NCBI GenBank assembly: GCA_051530055.1
Contig: CM121343.1
Location: 404,389-468,388 of the forward strand
Reading direction: 5' to 3'
Length of the DNA: 64,000 nt
From: Neoechinorhynchus agilis
Lineage: Eukaryota; Animalia; Acanthocephala
The notes under the pieces were generated by a model. The model had not been told where the DNA came from. It worked only from the letters and a program-made list of their open reading frames with translations, and did no database searches. Both the position numbers and the translations under genes were made by a program. Positions 61,001 through 64,000 of this stretch are shown here, in pieces (position 1 is the stretch's first letter; each line of letters starts with the position of its first letter).

Positions 61001-62001
61001 GCAAATTCCAAAGAACTCCTAAGAACCACATTTTCTGTTAGATTAACATTGAAGAATAAAAATGTACATAAGGCATGGGAAGACCCGTTCCACATCGTCT
61101 AAGTTTTCACCGGAAATGATAAATATTTGCATCTTATTTTACAAGAATCAAGGAATACAAACAATTATGTTTTTGGGATAGAATATGTGCACATTGGTTG
61201 TGACATTATGTAAATGAACACAAAGCTTACAAGACTTTGGTAGTGTAAGCCGAAAGGTAGTAATACAACCAATCGCTGCACGACACCTTCAATCCCTGCC
61301 AAAATAGTTCCAAGTTTTAATGAGAATAGATGACCTGATTCGAATTCAAAATCGATATGCCGATGGGAAGAGTCACTACAACGAATCCTTACTAATCTCA
61401 TAAAAAATTACATATTCAAATTTAGGCTACTGTATACAGCCTTAGTAGAAAATAGCGAAGCAAGCCATATTGTGGACATTGATAAAAACCCTCTTAGTTC
61501 ATTTAATATTTAAAAATGTTTTTTGGTAGAATTACGTCAATGGAAATAGAAAATTATGTTGTCTTCATAAAGCATAAATTTTCAATTTTATCCAAATCGA
61601 TGGTTTTAATGTTTTGAGCTACTGAGTTATTTGATAGTTTTTAACGAGTGGTGCAAGATGAGATTTTAACAATACGCAACTGAATTATGGGCACACAGCT
61701 CACCAATTTCGGTCAGGGAAATAATGGTATGCGTTCATTGCAGATAAACGTACAGTTATAAGCTTGTACATCCTTTCAGATTCTCAGATACCTCCAGGAG
61801 GCGGGATCCCGTCTATAAATTACTGAAATAATTTACTGATTTCCGTTAGTCTTAACTTTTTCAACGATAGTTCCCTAATTTCACATGTGGCAGGCATTTA
61901 ATAAGTGATTCGATTTTTTGAGTGGTATGTTGATCAAGTGTTCATATACATTTACAATCATTACATGTTCCTTTGTCGTTACTTTGTTGACCCCATTTCT
62001 T
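58092..62001. repeat. Giant nested palindrome: ~1.6 kb outer arms plus ~125 bp inner arms
   Basis: 58092-59696 is the reverse complement of about 60398-62001, with identical ORFs at 58693-58929(+) and 61165-61401(-). Inner inverted repeat 59897-60024 / 60275-60398 with a ~250 nt central loop. Confidence 0.95.
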
Positions 62002-63310
62002 CAGGAATTATTACCTGTATCTTCAACAAAAATCTCTGACGTTTTACTATTCCTAAAGACACGGCTTTCCAGTATATTTTCAGGTTAAAGGATTGTTTCC
62101 CATCGTTAGTGGTCTCTTAAATTTTATGCTAGTTATACTTGTAAACTTACAGATTTGGGTCAATAATAAAAAAAGGTGGTATCAATGATTTTTTGACGGA
62201 TTGCTAGGTAATTTTTTAAGCGCCCAAATACTCGCGTGGTAACAAATTTTGAGAGATTATTTTGTATTCGTTTCGCATCAACGAAAAGGTATATTTATTA
62301 ACAATAAAATTATTTATTAACTTTAATTAACGGGACTTCGTTTTTTGGTTTGCAGAAAACACTTGTATATTTTTCGTTTTTCTTTTATTGAATTAAATCC
62401 ATTCCGTAATCAACTTATACAAAGATCATAATGACTTAACCCTGTCTACCGTGGATATTAAGTCACCTATACAAATTCAAAGAACAGAAAGTGTATTGAC
62501 TTTTAACCCGAAGTAAATATAATTTTGCAACAGCGAAGAGAGTACATTAAACTTTGATTCTACTTCACTCAAGGTTTAGCTGTTGTTTGACGTTTTATGT
62601 ATCATAAATTTTGGGTTTTTATCTTCCATCGTTTTCATATCAAACGCATTAGTAATTGGAATTGCTTAATTCAAGGAACATGCCGAATACAACTTGATCA
62701 TTATACTTAGAATTATTGTATAGATCTTCAGCCGGTAAATAAATTTTTATTAAAACGTTTCTAACCTCGTCGGGTTCTTCATCAGCTTATTAGTTATTAA
62801 AAGATGCTACCAACCGGTAAAGACCTAAACAAAAATTCTAATAATATACCCCAGTGCCTCGTCAAATATCGACATTCTTATGCTGATTTTTTACATGTTT
62901 TGAGTGATTTCTACGAATTATATGTTGTATTTGGAATTTAAGGGAGCATTGTTCTACCAAGACGATGGCTCCAGTTGTTTGAAGCGACACTCATAAACTC
63001 ACAGTGGTCATAATTATTCATCTTGATTCTGAAAACTGGTTTGACGCCTTCAGATGTACATCTATGGATATCGATGAAAACTGTTGAGATAATTTTTCCC
63101 GCCTTCAAACCGCCATTGTTTACAAAAACCATGCGTGGGTGTGAAAGCACTTTTACTACAGATTTGAAATTATTTACTATATTTACGGTGTACACCGATA
63201 GTTGTGCGTTTGTCTAACCTTAATCGGAATCAAGTTCGTATATAGCATTTGTGAAATCTAAGTACAGACCGTTTTAATTCGAATAATTATCTTTTAAAGT
63301 CTGGCTAGCC

Positions 63311-64000
63311 GGTTACTTTTTATTACGTGTTAAAGTGAGGCCTTTTTCAAGACTGATAATTTTGTTCCTTGGGCAGACATCCCACCGACATGGTTCAGGG
63401 AAGCGCATAAAGTCACTTAATACCCCGAAGCACACGGCTATGAGTTTTGTACGCATTAATCTGGATTATCAGATACCTCCCGAGGAGGCGGGACTCATCA
63501 GTGAGTTTCCTCTTCCCTTCGGCGGGGTATTGCGTCCCCTTTGTGCGTTATTGGCCTGAATGGATTTGGAACATTTTTTACCCTTAGACAGGGATTTGAG
63601 GCTCATGTCCACTAGACCATCTCGGCACAAATACGGAATGTGCAACAAAATCAGCCAGTTTCTAATTTTGGAACAATTGTTGAATTATTTTCTCTCTAAA
63701 CCTGGTTACTTTTTATTACGTGTTAAAGTGAGGCCTTTTTCGAGGCTGATAATTTTGTTCCTTGGGCACACATCCCACCGACATGGTTCAGGGAAGCGCA
63801 TAAAGTCACTTAATACCCCGAAGCACACGGCTATGAGTTTTGTACGCATTAATCCGGATTCTCAGATACCTCCCGAGGAGGCGGGACTTATTAGAGAGTT
63901 TCCTCTTCCCTTCAACGAGGTATTTCGTCCCCTTTGGTTATGCGTTATTGGCCTTAATAGATTCGGAACTTTTTTGACCCTTAGACAGGGATTCGGAGTT
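63311..64000 (+). repeat. Direct tandem repeat, ~393-bp period, at least 2 copies (runs off the window)
   Basis: ggttactttttattacgtgttaaagtgaggcc...cccttagacagggatt at 63311 and 63704. Confidence 0.9.

Overview
Eukaryotic (metazoan, invertebrate-like; species not determinable here) genomic DNA with compact genes and very short introns (about 28-60 nt). No prokaryotic system or true CRISPR array is present. Host genes recognised from protein motifs: Mps1/TTK-like kinase (partial), a rhodopsin-class peptide GPCR, ARFGAP2/3, HYOU1/GRP170, SNX3/12, intronless SPT6, a RING-finger gene, GPN3, a LIM-domain gene and SENP8. Between them lie decayed retroelements (CR1/L2-like, RTE, five CRE-clade RLE-endonuclease pieces, Ty3/Gypsy, Penelope-like), MITE-like hairpins, and five unrelated tandem arrays (119, 239, 224 and 198 bp monomers plus a ~274 bp higher-order array of palindromic cores) covering about a quarter of the window. 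The most unusual observations are a tandem fold-back array at 1.7-3.2 kb, a ~3.9 kb nested palindrome at 58-62 kb with an identity gradient, repeated need for GAG/AAG 3' splice sites to rebuild conserved proteins, acceptor-like signals just before most start codons (possible SL trans-splicing), and a multi-hairpin 198-bp array with an SL-like donor. Gene and element names come from motif recognition, not database searches. Intron boundaries are manual inferences.
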